A stretch of 64,000 nt of DNA from Ilumatobacteraceae bacterium (lineage in GTDB: Bacteria; Actinomycetota; Acidimicrobiia; Acidimicrobiales; Ilumatobacteraceae), in assembly GCA_963708925.1 (NCBI GenBank), contig CAVPUO010000005.1:170435-234434 (forward strand), in the 5' to 3' direction. The notes under the pieces are model-generated. The model saw nothing but the letters and a program-made list of their open reading frames with translations. It had not been told where the DNA came from and did no database searches. A program made the position numbers and the translations under genes. This document shows positions 22,794-32,541 of this stretch, in pieces; the stretch's first letter is position 1, and every line of letters starts with the position of its first letter.

Positions 22794-23624
22794 TCAGGAC
22801 TTGCGCAGCGGCGGAAACCGGGTCGGGAGGCCCTTCGCAGCGACCTGGAACAGCGGCACAGGCTCGGGCAGACCGCGCAGCTTGTGTGTGCCGAGCGCTT
22901 TGAACCTGACGTCGTTGGGCGTCGACCCCTTCACGCCCTCGCGGGTGTTGGCCGATGCAACGACCTGCCCACCGTGCCCGACGGCCGTGATCCGCGACGT
23001 CGTGTTGACATCCATGCCGATGTAGTTGTCGTCGGTCGAGGTCGGGTAGCCGCTGTGGATGCCGATTCGAACGCGCACATCGAGCCCGTCGAGCCATGTG
23101 CGCCCCATCAACTCGCGCTGCACGCAGATGGCCGCGTCGATCGCCGAACGCGGCGACTCGAACACGGCGAAGAACTCGTCGGCGCGGGCTTCGACAGCGT
23201 GGCCGCCGGTGTCGGCAACACCCTGACGCAGGATCGCCCAGACGCCATCGATGATCTCCCGGTAGCGCGGGCCCAATTGGCGTACCAGTGCAGTCGAACC
23301 CTCGATGTCGGTCATCATCATGGTCACGAAGCCCGAGGGCAGTTGCACCACGTCGCCGCGCTCGCCGAGAGCCCGCTCGGATTGCAACTGGCCGGCAATG
23401 AAACCGATCGGAACGATCTTGAACTTCTTGGCAGCGTTCAGCAGCCGCATCCGTGCCTGCTCGCGGGCGGCTTCGTCTTCGAACGGGACCTGCCCGAACC
23501 GCACCAACGCGTTACGAACGTGAGCAGCGTCGTGGATGGGTAGCCGGCGCTTGCCGTGCGAGTCGATGTACGCAAACGCACGGTCAGGCAGACCGGCCCG
23601 CTCCTTTGGGTCGAGGCGGGGCAT
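22794..23624 (-). CDS. Class III adenylate/guanylate cyclase with an N-terminal module of about 75 aa
   Basis: Cyclase core motifs FVTMMMTDIEGST, DEFFAVF and VRVRIGIHSG. The N-terminal AYIDSHGKRRLPIHDAAHVRNALVRF module resembles a DUF I recall (possibly DUF6582, unverified). Confidence 0.8.
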   Translation of the reverse strand: MPRLDPKERAGLPDRAFAYIDSHGKRRLPIHDAAHVRNALVRFGQVPFEDEAAREQARMRLLNAAKKFKIVPIGFIAGQLQSERALGERGDVVQLPSGFVTMMMTDIEGSTALVRQLGPRYREIIDGVWAILRQGVADTGGHAVEARADEFFAVFESPRSAIDAAICVQRELMGRTWLDGLDVRVRIGIHSGYPTSTDDNYIGMDVNTTSRITAVGHGGQVVASANTREGVKGSTPNDVRFKALGTHKLRGLPEPVPLFQVAAKGLPTRFPPLRKS

Positions 23625-23690
23625 GCGCCGACGATACCAAGAGGGTGTTACACGGCTCCGTGAGACTCGACACAGTCGTCGAGGGTCGGG

Positions 23691-24281
23691 TCAGCGGACC
23701 GGGCGGTATGTGCAGACGAGGACGCCGGTGCTTGCCGTCGTGGTCGACACGAGCTCCATCGGGCGGGCTTTGCCGTCGTCGGGGAAGAGACGCTTGCCGC
23801 CGCCGATCAAGATCGGTTCGATCATCAACAGGTACTCGTCGACGAGATCGTTCTCGACCAGTTCTCTGACCAGCATCGGGCTGCCCATCACCACCAGATC
23901 GCCACCGTCGATCTCGCGCAGCCGGCGCACCTCGCCGACCGCGTCGTGGGGCGGCAGCAGTGTGGAGTTCGACCAGAAGAGGTCCTCCTGGTCGAGGGTC
24001 CGTGAGGCGACGTACTTGGGGATCGAGTTCATCTGATCGGCGAACTCGTCGCCGGCGCGATCGGGCCAGGCGGCAGCCATCGTCTGCCACGTGCGACGAC
24101 CGAACAGCAGTGCGTGGGCATTCTGCATGACCGCGCCGATCGCCGGACCGAGCGTCGCCGGATCGAAGTACGGATGCGACCAACCGCCGTGGGCGAAGCC
24201 GCCGTCGGTGTCCTCGTCCGGTCCGCCAGGCGCCTGCACGACGCCGTCGAGGCTCATGAAATCACTGGTGACGACTCTCAT
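23691..24281 (-). CDS. Dihydrofolate reductase family protein (RibD C-terminal domain)
   Basis: 196-aa sequence MRVVTSDFMSLDGVVQAPGG...LLMIEPILIGGGKRLFP. Its ATG (24281-24279) overlaps the upstream CoxL-like stop (ATGA). Confidence 0.8.
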   Translation of the reverse strand: MRVVTSDFMSLDGVVQAPGGPDEDTDGGFAHGGWSHPYFDPATLGPAIGAVMQNAHALLFGRRTWQTMAAAWPDRAGDEFADQMNSIPKYVASRTLDQEDLFWSNSTLLPPHDAVGEVRRLREIDGGDLVVMGSPMLVRELVENDLVDEYLLMIEPILIGGGKRLFPDDGKARPMELVSTTTASTGVLVCTYRPVR

Positions 24282-26551
24282 CAACTTCTCCCTTCCTGGA
24301 GAGCGTTCCACACTCGAAGGGGCGAGTACGGAAGATCGAGGTGCTCGACGCCGAACTCTCGCAGAGCATCGAGCACCGCGCTCTGCAACGCCGGCGTTGC
24401 GACCACAGTTCCGGACTCCCCTACACCCTTCACACCGAGTGGGTTCCAGGGCGATGGCGTCTCCATCTCGTACGTTTCGAAGCTCGGCAGCTCGGCCGCG
24501 GACACCAGTGCGTAGTCGGCGAAGTTGCCGGTCTTGGGCACGCCGTCGTCGTCGTAGACCATCTCCTCGTACAGCGCGGCAGCGACCGCCATCGCCAGCC
24601 CGCCGTGCACCTGCCCCTCTGCCAACTGCGGCTGCAACAACGTTCCCGCATCGTCGACGGACACGAGCGATCGCACCCTGACCGCACCGGTCTCGATGTC
24701 GAGCACGATCGTCGCGACGCACGCTCCGAACGCGAACGTTCCGGAGCCGCCCTCCGGCTTGAACCGATGCTCGGCAGAGAGCGGTCCGATGTCGAGCCAG
24801 CCGACATCGCGCGCCGGTGTGCCGGCGACATGGAATCGACCCGTCTCACGGTCGAACACGATGTCGGCGGCCGCAGCTTCCAAGTAGTTCGGCCGCGGCA
24901 GTCTTGCCGAGTTCGATCACATCCTGCGCAGCCCCGAACGAGGCCGACCCGCCCAGCTGCGCCGACCGCGAGCCAATGGTGCCGCCACCAAACGGAGACA
25001 CGGCCGTGTCGCTGTGCAGCACGCGTACACGATCCGCGGGTATTCCCAGCTCGTCACCGACGACGGCCGCGAACGTGGTCTCGTGCGCCTGACCGTGTGG
25101 CGATGTGCCGACCACCAGCGTCACGGTGCCGTCGGCTGCCAGCGGCCACCGATGCATCTTCGCCTTCTCCCCCGCCCGTGATCTCCACGGTGCAACTGAC
25201 GCCGATGCCCAACCGGGTCGATCCGCCACGCCTCGCGCGAGGTCGGCCTGCTCGGCACGCAACGCGTCATAGCCGGCGGCTTCGACACACCGGTCGAGCG
25301 CCTCGATGTAGTTGCCGCTGTCGTAGGTCGACCCCACCGCGGTCCGATACGGGAAGACATCGGGCGGCACCAGGTTGGCGCGGCGCACGTCGACCGGATC
25401 GAGCCCGATCAGCGCCGCGAAGCGATCCATCGCCCGCTCGACATCGCACGATGCCTCGGGTCGACCGGCACCGCGCAGTGCCATGGTCGATGCGGTGTTG
25501 GTGGTGACGGATCGAGCACTGACCGCGCGCCGCGGGGAAGTCGTACACACCGGTGCCCGAGTTGCGCAGGTTGGTGGTGATGAACGTGCCCATTGCCGGA
25601 TAGGCGCCGCTGTCCTGGACGGCCGCTGCTTCGTACGCGAGGACCTTGCCGTCGCGATTCCCGCCGATGCGGACGTGATGCATCGACGACCGACCATGGC
25701 CCATCGAGAGCATCGATTCGGACGCGTCTCCACCCAACGAACCGGTCGACCGAGCCGGCGCGACGCCCACACGACCACCACATCCTCGGGCTGGCATCCG
25801 TGACCCGCCCTTCGAGCCGAACCCACCGCCGACGTCGGGGGCGATGGCGCGCACCGTTCCCGGCTCGAGGCCGAGAGCGCATTCGATGACGTACTTGGCG
25901 CCCGCCGGTCGCTGCGAGCAGACCCAGATCGTGCAGCGTCCGTCCGGCCCCCACGCAACGGCCGCGGCACGGGGTTCCATCGCTCCGGCATGGAGTCGTG
26001 GATGGCGGATCGTGAACTCGTCGACGACTTCGCATTCGGCGAACGGATCGGTCTCGAACGGCAGGCTGCGTCCACTCGAACGACACGTTCGTATCGATGT
26101 GGTCGTGGACGACCACGTCGGCGCGCAGTGCATCCTCGAGATCGATCACCGGCGGCAATGCCTCGGTCTCGACGATCACCATCTCCGCGGCATCGACCGC
26201 CTGTGCTCTCGTCTCGGCCAGCACCACGGCGACGGGCTCGCCGACGAACCGCACGACGGTCTGCGCCATCATCGGACGGACCATCGCCTTGTTCATCATC
26301 GGCAGGCGCGGTGGCAGCACCCACACGTCGGTCAGGTCCGCCCCGGTCAACACGGCGGCGACGCCTGGCATCGCCGAAGCATCGGTCGCGTCGATCGAGA
26401 CCAGTCGACCATGCGGTTCGATCGATCGAACGAACACCGCGTGGAGCGCGCCGTCCAGTTCGGGAAGGCGCAATCCGTCGATGAAGGTTCCTCGGCCGAC
26501 GAGCAATGGGCCGTCCTCGCGACGGTCGGTGTGGGGAACGTGGGCGCTCAC
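24281..26551 (-). pseudogene. Xanthine dehydrogenase/CO dehydrogenase large (molybdopterin-binding) subunit-like, about 7 frame hops
   Basis: Family-typical segments are spread over three frames. These include GRGTFIDGLRLP...VRFVGEPVAVVLAE, APDVGGGFGSKGG, RLGRPVRWVETR, GAYPAMGTFITTN and ALRGAGRPEA. They continue with GIGVSCTVEITGGG (hand translation), PHGQAHETTFAAVV, GGGTIGSRSA and GQVHGGLAMAVAAALYEE. No CoxM/CoxS genes are adjacent. Confidence 0.8.
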
Positions 26552-26603
26552 GGTGCGAATCTGTCACACACGGCGGCTCCGTGCGATCTCGGAGAGCCCG
26601 GCG

Positions 26604-27758
26604 CTAGTTCCAGAGCCTGGCCGACGCGATTCGCGCACCCTCCGCCAACGCCTCGAACTTCGGCCACACCACGGTGGGATGCACCTCCGGGGCGTAGCTG
26701 GCGCGCGACGAGAAGCCGCAGTCGGCGCCGGCGATGACGTTCTCCTTGCCGACGATCGAGGCGTAGTTGCAGATGTACTCGGCGATCAGTTCGGGGTGCT
26801 CGACGTAGTTGTTGGCGTGACCCAACAGACCGGGGATCAGCACCTTGCCGTCGGGCACACCGATCTCTTCGAGCTGGCGCCATTCGTGCATGTGCCGCGG
26901 GTTCATCACCTCGAACGAATAGGCACCGACGTTGAGCTTGAACGCGAACTTCATCGCGTCCTTGAGATCGATGTCGGTCAGGCGCGGGCCGTGGTTCAAC
27001 CCGTAGCACGTGTGGTGACGAACCCGGTCTTCAGGGATGCCGCGCAGTGCATGGTTCACGATCTCGATGTGTTGTGACGCTGCCTTCTCGCGATCCTCGA
27101 TCGACTTGGTCGGATCCGAGAGCGCACCGATCAGCCACGGGTCGTCGACCTGCAGGATGAACCCGGCGTCGACGATGCCCAGGTACTCCTCGCGCATCGC
27201 CTCGGCGACCGCCTGCACGTACTCCTCGCGGCTCGCGTAGTAGCGGTTCTCACCGAAGCCCGAGGGTCCGTTGGACGGCATGAAGATGTCGGTGACGTCG
27301 AGACCCTCGACCGCGGCTTTCAGGTTGTCGATGTCGATCTGCAACAACTCCTGACCGATGTACGTGATGGGACCGGTGGCAACGATCGTCTTGCGCCGGG
27401 CAACCGTCGACGCGTACTTCTTCATGTAGTCCGCGTAGTACTCCGGGAACATGTCGATTTCGGCCTTCCAGCTGGGCGGCTGTCCCTTCGGCGCTTCGTC
27501 CTCCTCGTACCCGCCGAGACGATCCTTGACGTAGTCGACGAACATCACCTTGCTCATCTCGCCGTCGGCGACGATGTCGATGCCGCACTCCACCTGGTGC
27601 CGCACGCGGTCGGCCACGGCGGCCTTCACCTCGCGTGCGTACGCCTCGTGGTCGTACGGGCGATCGTTCTCCTTCTCCTTCATGATGTCGAGCAGTGACA
27701 CCGGTCGCGCCAGGCTCCCAACGTGCGTCGTCAAGATCCGGTCGGTACTGCGTTCCAT
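26604..27758 (-). CDS. Cobalamin-independent methionine synthase II (MetE C-terminal-like) family protein
   Basis: Intact 384-aa sequence from MERSTDRILTTHVGSLARP, with later HTCYGLNHG and GADCGFSS. A GGAGG lies upstream of the ATG at 27758. Confidence 0.8.
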   Translation of the reverse strand: MERSTDRILTTHVGSLARPVSLLDIMKEKENDRPYDHEAYAREVKAAVADRVRHQVECGIDIVADGEMSKVMFVDYVKDRLGGYEEDEAPKGQPPSWKAEIDMFPEYYADYMKKYASTVARRKTIVATGPITYIGQELLQIDIDNLKAAVEGLDVTDIFMPSNGPSGFGENRYYASREEYVQAVAEAMREEYLGIVDAGFILQVDDPWLIGALSDPTKSIEDREKAASQHIEIVNHALRGIPEDRVRHHTCYGLNHGPRLTDIDLKDAMKFAFKLNVGAYSFEVMNPRHMHEWRQLEEIGVPDGKVLIPGLLGHANNYVEHPELIAEYICNYASIVGKENVIAGADCGFSSRASYAPEVHPTVVWPKFEALAEGARIASARLWN

Positions 27759-27891
27759 CGTGTTCCCCTCCTGGACGCGCGCCCTGCGCGGTCGCCGCGT
27801 TGAACCTAATGGGGCGAGCCGCCGGCCGGAACTCTGGTGTTTGTGGGCGGCGAACGCTCGGGGATGATTTGGCCCCTCGTAGGATGCCGCG

Positions 27892-28591
27892 ATGTTCGAA
27901 CTGACCGCCGACCTGATCGCCGACTTGAAATCGATCGACACCCCGACCGTGTGCAACGCGCTGGAGATCCTGGTGCCCGAGCGGCAGGGATTCGGATTCA
28001 CGACGCGGCCGCTGGTGTGCCTGCGACCGGACATCGGGCCGGTGGTCGGCGTCGCTCGAACCGCGACGATTCGTGCTGCGCATCCCAGTGAGCCCGGTAC
28101 GGACCAGGCGTACGCCCGTGACGCGTACTACGCCTACATCGACGGCGGCCCGAAGCCCGCTGTGATCGTCATCCAGGACCTCGACGAGCCGGCGGGCTAC
28201 GGCTCGTTCTGGGGCGAGGTCAACAGCAACATCCACAAGGGTCTCGGCTGCGAGGCGGTGATCACCAACGGCAGCGTGCGCGACCTGCCCGACATCGCCG
28301 AAGGGTTCCAGATGCTGGCCGACCGCGTCGGACCGTCGCACGCCTTCGTGCACGTCGTCGACTTCTCGCGACCTGTCACCGTCGCCGGGATGCGCGTCTC
28401 CGACGGCGACGTCATCCATGCCGACCAGCACGGTGCAGTAGTGATCCCCCACGCCGTGTGCACGCATGTGAAGGCCGCCGCAGCGTTGATCGCTCGCCGC
28501 GAGCGCGTGCATCATCAGTGCCGCACAGCAACCGGGGTTCGACATCGATGCCCTCCGCAAGGCGCAGCAGCAGTCCGCTCAGATCCAGTAG
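27892..28591 (+). pseudogene. RraA-family protein (putative oxaloacetate decarboxylase / HMG aldolase-like), one frame hop near 28510
   Basis: Contains DTPTVCNALE, GSFWGEVNSNIHKGLGCEAVITNGSVRD and DVIHADQHGAVVIP. After a 1-nt hop the tail reads IISAAQQPGFDIDALRKAQQQSAQIQ and stops at TAG 28589-28591 (hand translation). Confidence 0.75.
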
Positions 28592-28637
28592 GTGCCGGAG
28601 TCGTTTCGGCTACGTGTGCAGTGGGTAATCGCGGCAC

Positions 28638-29441
28638 ATGCCGCGACCATCCTGGACCGGGTCCATCAGCTTCGGCCTCGTCAACGTTCCCGTGAAGGCC
28701 TACACCGCCGTGCGCGATCACGACGTGCACTTCCATCAGCTCGACAAGAAGTCTGGCTCACGAATTCGCTATCACAAGGTCGCCGAAGACACGGGTAAGG
28801 AAGTGGACAGCGACGACATCGTTCTGGGCTTCGAGCTGCGCAAAGGGAAGTACGTGACGTTCGACGACGCCGAGATGGAGGCGCTGCGTCCGGCGTCGAC
28901 TCGGGCGATCGAAGTGACCGACTTCGTCGAGCTCGCCGAGATCGATCCGATCTACTACGAGCGCACGTACTGGCTCGCTCCCGATGGCGATGCGGCGAAG
29001 CAGGCGTACCAGTTGCTGCTCGCTGCAATGGAGCACGAGGAGCGGGTCGCGATCGGCAGCGTCGTGATGCGCGAGAAGCAGTACCTCGTTGCAATCCGCC
29101 CGGTCGATGGCGTGCTCGCGATGTCGACGATGCGATTCGCAGACGAGGTGGTTCCACGGTCGGAGATCGAGGCCTTGCCGCGCCGGAGCTCACCGGATCC
29201 GAAGGCGTTGAAGATGGCGACACAACTGATCGACGGGCTGTCGTCGGAGTGGCAACCGCAGCAGTATCACGACACCTACACCGAAGAGTTGCGTAACCGG
29301 ATCAAGCGCAAGGACCACGGCAAGGAGGTCGTCGAGAGCGACGACAAGCCCGAGGGTCGGGTACTCGATCTGATGGCCGCGCTCGAGGCGAGCGTCGATG
29401 CCGCGAAGAAGGGCCGGACGCGCGCGCAAGGCGGCGCGTAA
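28638..29441 (+). CDS. ku: Ku protein (NHEJ DNA-end binding)
   Basis: Intact 267-aa ORF with WTGSISFGLVNVPVKAYTA, YYERTYWLAPD and a basic C-terminal tail. Confidence 0.9.
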   Translation: MPRPSWTGSISFGLVNVPVKAYTAVRDHDVHFHQLDKKSGSRIRYHKVAEDTGKEVDSDDIVLGFELRKGKYVTFDDAEMEALRPASTRAIEVTDFVELAEIDPIYYERTYWLAPDGDAAKQAYQLLLAAMEHEERVAIGSVVMREKQYLVAIRPVDGVLAMSTMRFADEVVPRSEIEALPRRSSPDPKALKMATQLIDGLSSEWQPQQYHDTYTEELRNRIKRKDHGKEVVESDDKPEGRVLDLMAALEASVDAAKKGRTRAQGGA

Positions 29442-29478
29442 GACAACGGGCAAGTCGACACGCAAGACTGCGTAACCG

Positions 29479-31042
29479 ATGGCCCCACGCTCGAAGGCAC
29501 CGGAGCGGCTGAAGAAGTATCAGCAGAAACGCGACTTCGACAAGACGCCCGAGCCGGCCGGAGGACAAGCACCCGAGGAGAGCGGCAATCGCTACGTGGT
29601 GCAGCGACATCGTGCACGGGCGTTGCACTACGACTTCCGCCTCGAAGCCGGTGGTGTGCTGTTGAGTTGGGCTGTACCGAAAGGGCCGACACTCGACCCG
29701 AATGTGAAACGGCTCGCGGTGCACGTCGAGGATCATCCGCTCGAGTACTTCGACTTCGAGGGTGTCATCCCCGGTGGGCAGTACGGCGGCGGCGATGTGA
29801 TCGTGTGGGATTGGGGAACGTGGTCGATCACCGACGGTGCGGACCCGATCAAGGCGACCGAGAAGGGCGACCTCCACTTCGACCTCGACGGCGAGCGACT
29901 GCACGGTCATTTCGCGCTGGTTCGCCGCGGCGCGCGGGGTGGCAAGGAGCAGTGGCTCCTGTTGCACAAGAACGACGAGTTCGCCGAAGTCGGTTGGGAT
30001 GCGGAGGATCATCCGAAGTCGGTGAAGACCGGCCGGACCAATGACGAGGTGAAGGCGGCGCCCGCGGCAACCTGGTCCAGCTCCGACAGTTGGGTTGGTC
30101 CGAACGCCCAGGAAGCCGCGTCGCTCGACGACCTCGGCAAGAAGGGAACGTGGGCGTTCGGCGGCCACGAGTTGCAATTGACCAACCTCGACAAGGTGCT
30201 GTTCCCCGCTGAGGGATCGGGCCCGGCGATCACCAAGCGAGATCTCATCCGCCATTACGTCGACATGGCGCCGGCGATCATGCCGTACGTCGTCGGGCGA
30301 CCGGTGAACCTTCATCGTTTTCCTGACGGCATCACCAAGCCGGGCTTCTGGCAGAAGGCGCTGCCACGCCACGCTCCCGACTGGCTCAGCCGCTTTCGAT
30401 ACGAGGATGCGCGACCCGGCGAGACGCAGGAGTACCTGGAGATCGACTCCCCCGCTGCGCTTGCGTGGGCGGCCAACAATGGCGCCATCGAGTTGCATCC
30501 GTGGACGTCGACGTCCGAGCATCCGCATCAGCCGACGTGGGCGATGATCGACATCGATCCGGGCGAATCGAGCGACTTCGAAGATGTCCTGGTGCTCGCC
30601 CGGCTCCATCGGACCGCACTCGAACATCTCGGTGTGAAGGCGATGCCGAAGCTGACCGGCCAACGCGGTGTTCAGATCTGGGTCCCCGTGGCGACGGGCT
30701 ACACGTTCGATGACACCCGGGCGTGGGTGGAGCGGTTGTCGAGGCTCGTGGGCGACACGGTGCCCGACATGGTCAGTTGGGAATGGGGAGTCGCCAAGCG
30801 CGGCGGCCGCATCCGACTGGACTACACGCAGAACGCGATCAACAAGACCCTCGTTGCGCCGTTCAGCGTGCGACCGGCCGCCGGGCGCACCCGTGTCGGT
30901 GCCCATCTCGTGGGACGAGCTGGACGACCCCGAGCTGCATCCCGGACGTTGGACGATTCGCAACATCCAGGAACGTCTCACCTCCGTCGGCGACCCGCTT
31001 GCGCCGCTGATCGGCCTGCAGCAGCGGTTGCCGGCGCTGTAG
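29479..31042 (+). pseudogene. ligD: LigD-type 3'-phosphoesterase + polymerase/primase domains (no ligase domain), one frame hop near 30885
   Basis: PE domain: RYVVQRHRARALHYDFRLE, WAVPKGP, GDVIVWD. Pol domain: LQLTNLDKVLFP, IELHPW, KLTGQRGVQIWVP, RIRLDYTQN. The tail ...PVSVPISWDELDD...QQRLPAL is in ORF 30668..31042. Confidence 0.85.
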
Positions 31043-31192
31043 TCAGCGGTTGATCGCCTCGATCGCGGGGTAGTCCAGCGTGATGACACCGATGCCAACC
31101 CCAGAGCCCCCTCCGACTCGGCCATTGCCTGATCTGCCGGACGAGCCCACGCCGATGCCGCAACCCGGCGATCCACCCTCCGAGTAGGCGCT

Positions 31193-32036
31193 CTAGTTGG
31201 CGACGGCGGATGGCGTCAGCGCCTCGGCTTCCACCGGAGATGTATCGACGGCCTTTGCAGGAGCAGCGATCAGTCGGCGCGCCCCTGTGTCGATCGACAA
31301 TGCGATGCCGAGCAACGCGATGGCGACGATGCCGTCGAGCCACCAGTGGTTGCCGGTGGCCGACACGACCACCATGGTCAAGGCGAGGTGCAACAGGAAG
31401 ATCCATCGCCACCGGCTCGTGCTGACCATGACGATCCCGAACGAAACGACGGCCGCCCACCCGACGTGGATGGACGGCATCGCTGCGAACTGGTCCGACA
31501 CACCCGTTCCGACCGGGCCGTACAGCGACAACCCATAGTGCGACGCGAGGTCGATGTAGCCGAGGTCGGGCAGAAACCGTGGCGGTGCGACCCGGATGAA
31601 TCGGAGCACGACGCAGAAGCCGGTGAGGATCGCGAGGGCATTGCGCCAGTGCGAGTACTGATCACGGTGCCGGACGAACAGCCAGGCAAGGAATGCGATC
31701 AGCGCAGGTACGTGGACGATCGCGTAGTAGTAGTTCGAGAAGCGGGCCAGCCAGTCGTACCTCAACACGAAGTGTTGCAACGAGAGCTCGGTGGGCATGT
31801 GCAGCGTGTGCTGCAAGCTGTTGATCTGGCGCCCTCGATCGATGGCACCCTCAGAGCGCGCCAGCGGCAGGACCCTGGCGAGCCGCCACACCGAGTACAG
31901 CCCGGCGAGGATGGCGACCTCGGTGGCCGCTGCCGCCGTCGCAGCACTGGCCCGCGTCGGTCGCGTCCGGCGCAGGACCAGCGCGATGACGAGCGCACAG
32001 TGCCGCGACCACGGCAGCCTGATCCCACGTCGGCCA
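31193..32036 (-). pseudogene. PAP2-superfamily (PAP2_3-like) membrane protein, one frame hop near 31995
   Basis: ORF 31193..31891 contains AAMPSIHVGWAAV and multiple TM segments. By hand translation the N-terminus MKWPTWDQAAVVAALCA then VIALVLRRT...ILAGLYSVWRLARVLPL lies one frame off. Confidence 0.6.
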
Positions 32037-32509
32037 TTTCATCCCCGACAAGCCTGCCGTTCACAGACCGATCACGCAAACCGCCGTCTCCGGCGGCGAG
32101 CACCAGGACAGACCCGGTCGCGGTGATGCTCGGCGAACTTGCGGCCTCGATGGCGCCGATCCAATCCGTGCGCCAGTTGGACCCACGAGGTTCGACCGCC
32201 TTCAACTCCCACCACATCGTGTAGGCCACATCGGGGAGCACCGGGCGACGGTATTGCACGGTGAACTCGACACCGACGACTCCGAATCCCAGTCCGGTGA
32301 AGTAGCTCGGCAGCATGCACGCGTGAATGCCGGCAGCGTGTGGTCCGCAAGCGATCAGCGAACCGAAGCGCGACGCACGAGGCAGCATCGACATCGTTGT
32401 GCAGCGGGTTCCGGTCGCGGAGCAGCACCGCGCCGGCGACGATCGACTCGACATCCAGAAGGAGGTCGTCCTCGACCCGTTCACCAACCGAAACCGGACA
32501 CGTCCACAT
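32033..32509 (-). pseudogene. MaoC-like/hotdog-fold dehydratase, at least one frame hop near 32390; 3' end inferred
   Basis: LLRDRNPLHNDVDAA (D-x-N-P-L-H MaoC motif) is in the frame of 32644. It continues SRFGSLIACGPHAAGIHACMLPSYF...VEFTVQYRRPV in the frame of 32487. An end at a TGA overlapping the PAP2 ATG is my inference only. Confidence 0.4.
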
Positions 32510-32541
32510 CACGCCATCATGCTCGCCGAGCGCCGCCAACG

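Noticed and set aside
29302-31176. 624-aa ORF on the minus strand
   Set aside because: It is antisense to ligD, whose PE and Pol motifs are unambiguous on the plus strand.
31081-31188. 35-codon proline-rich ORF (VMTPMPTPEPPPTRPLPDLPDEPTPMPQPGDPPSE) between ligD and the PAP2 gene
   Set aside because: It has no ribosome-binding site, is low-complexity, and a GC-rich spacer can produce such a reading by chance. It is not supportable as a gene.
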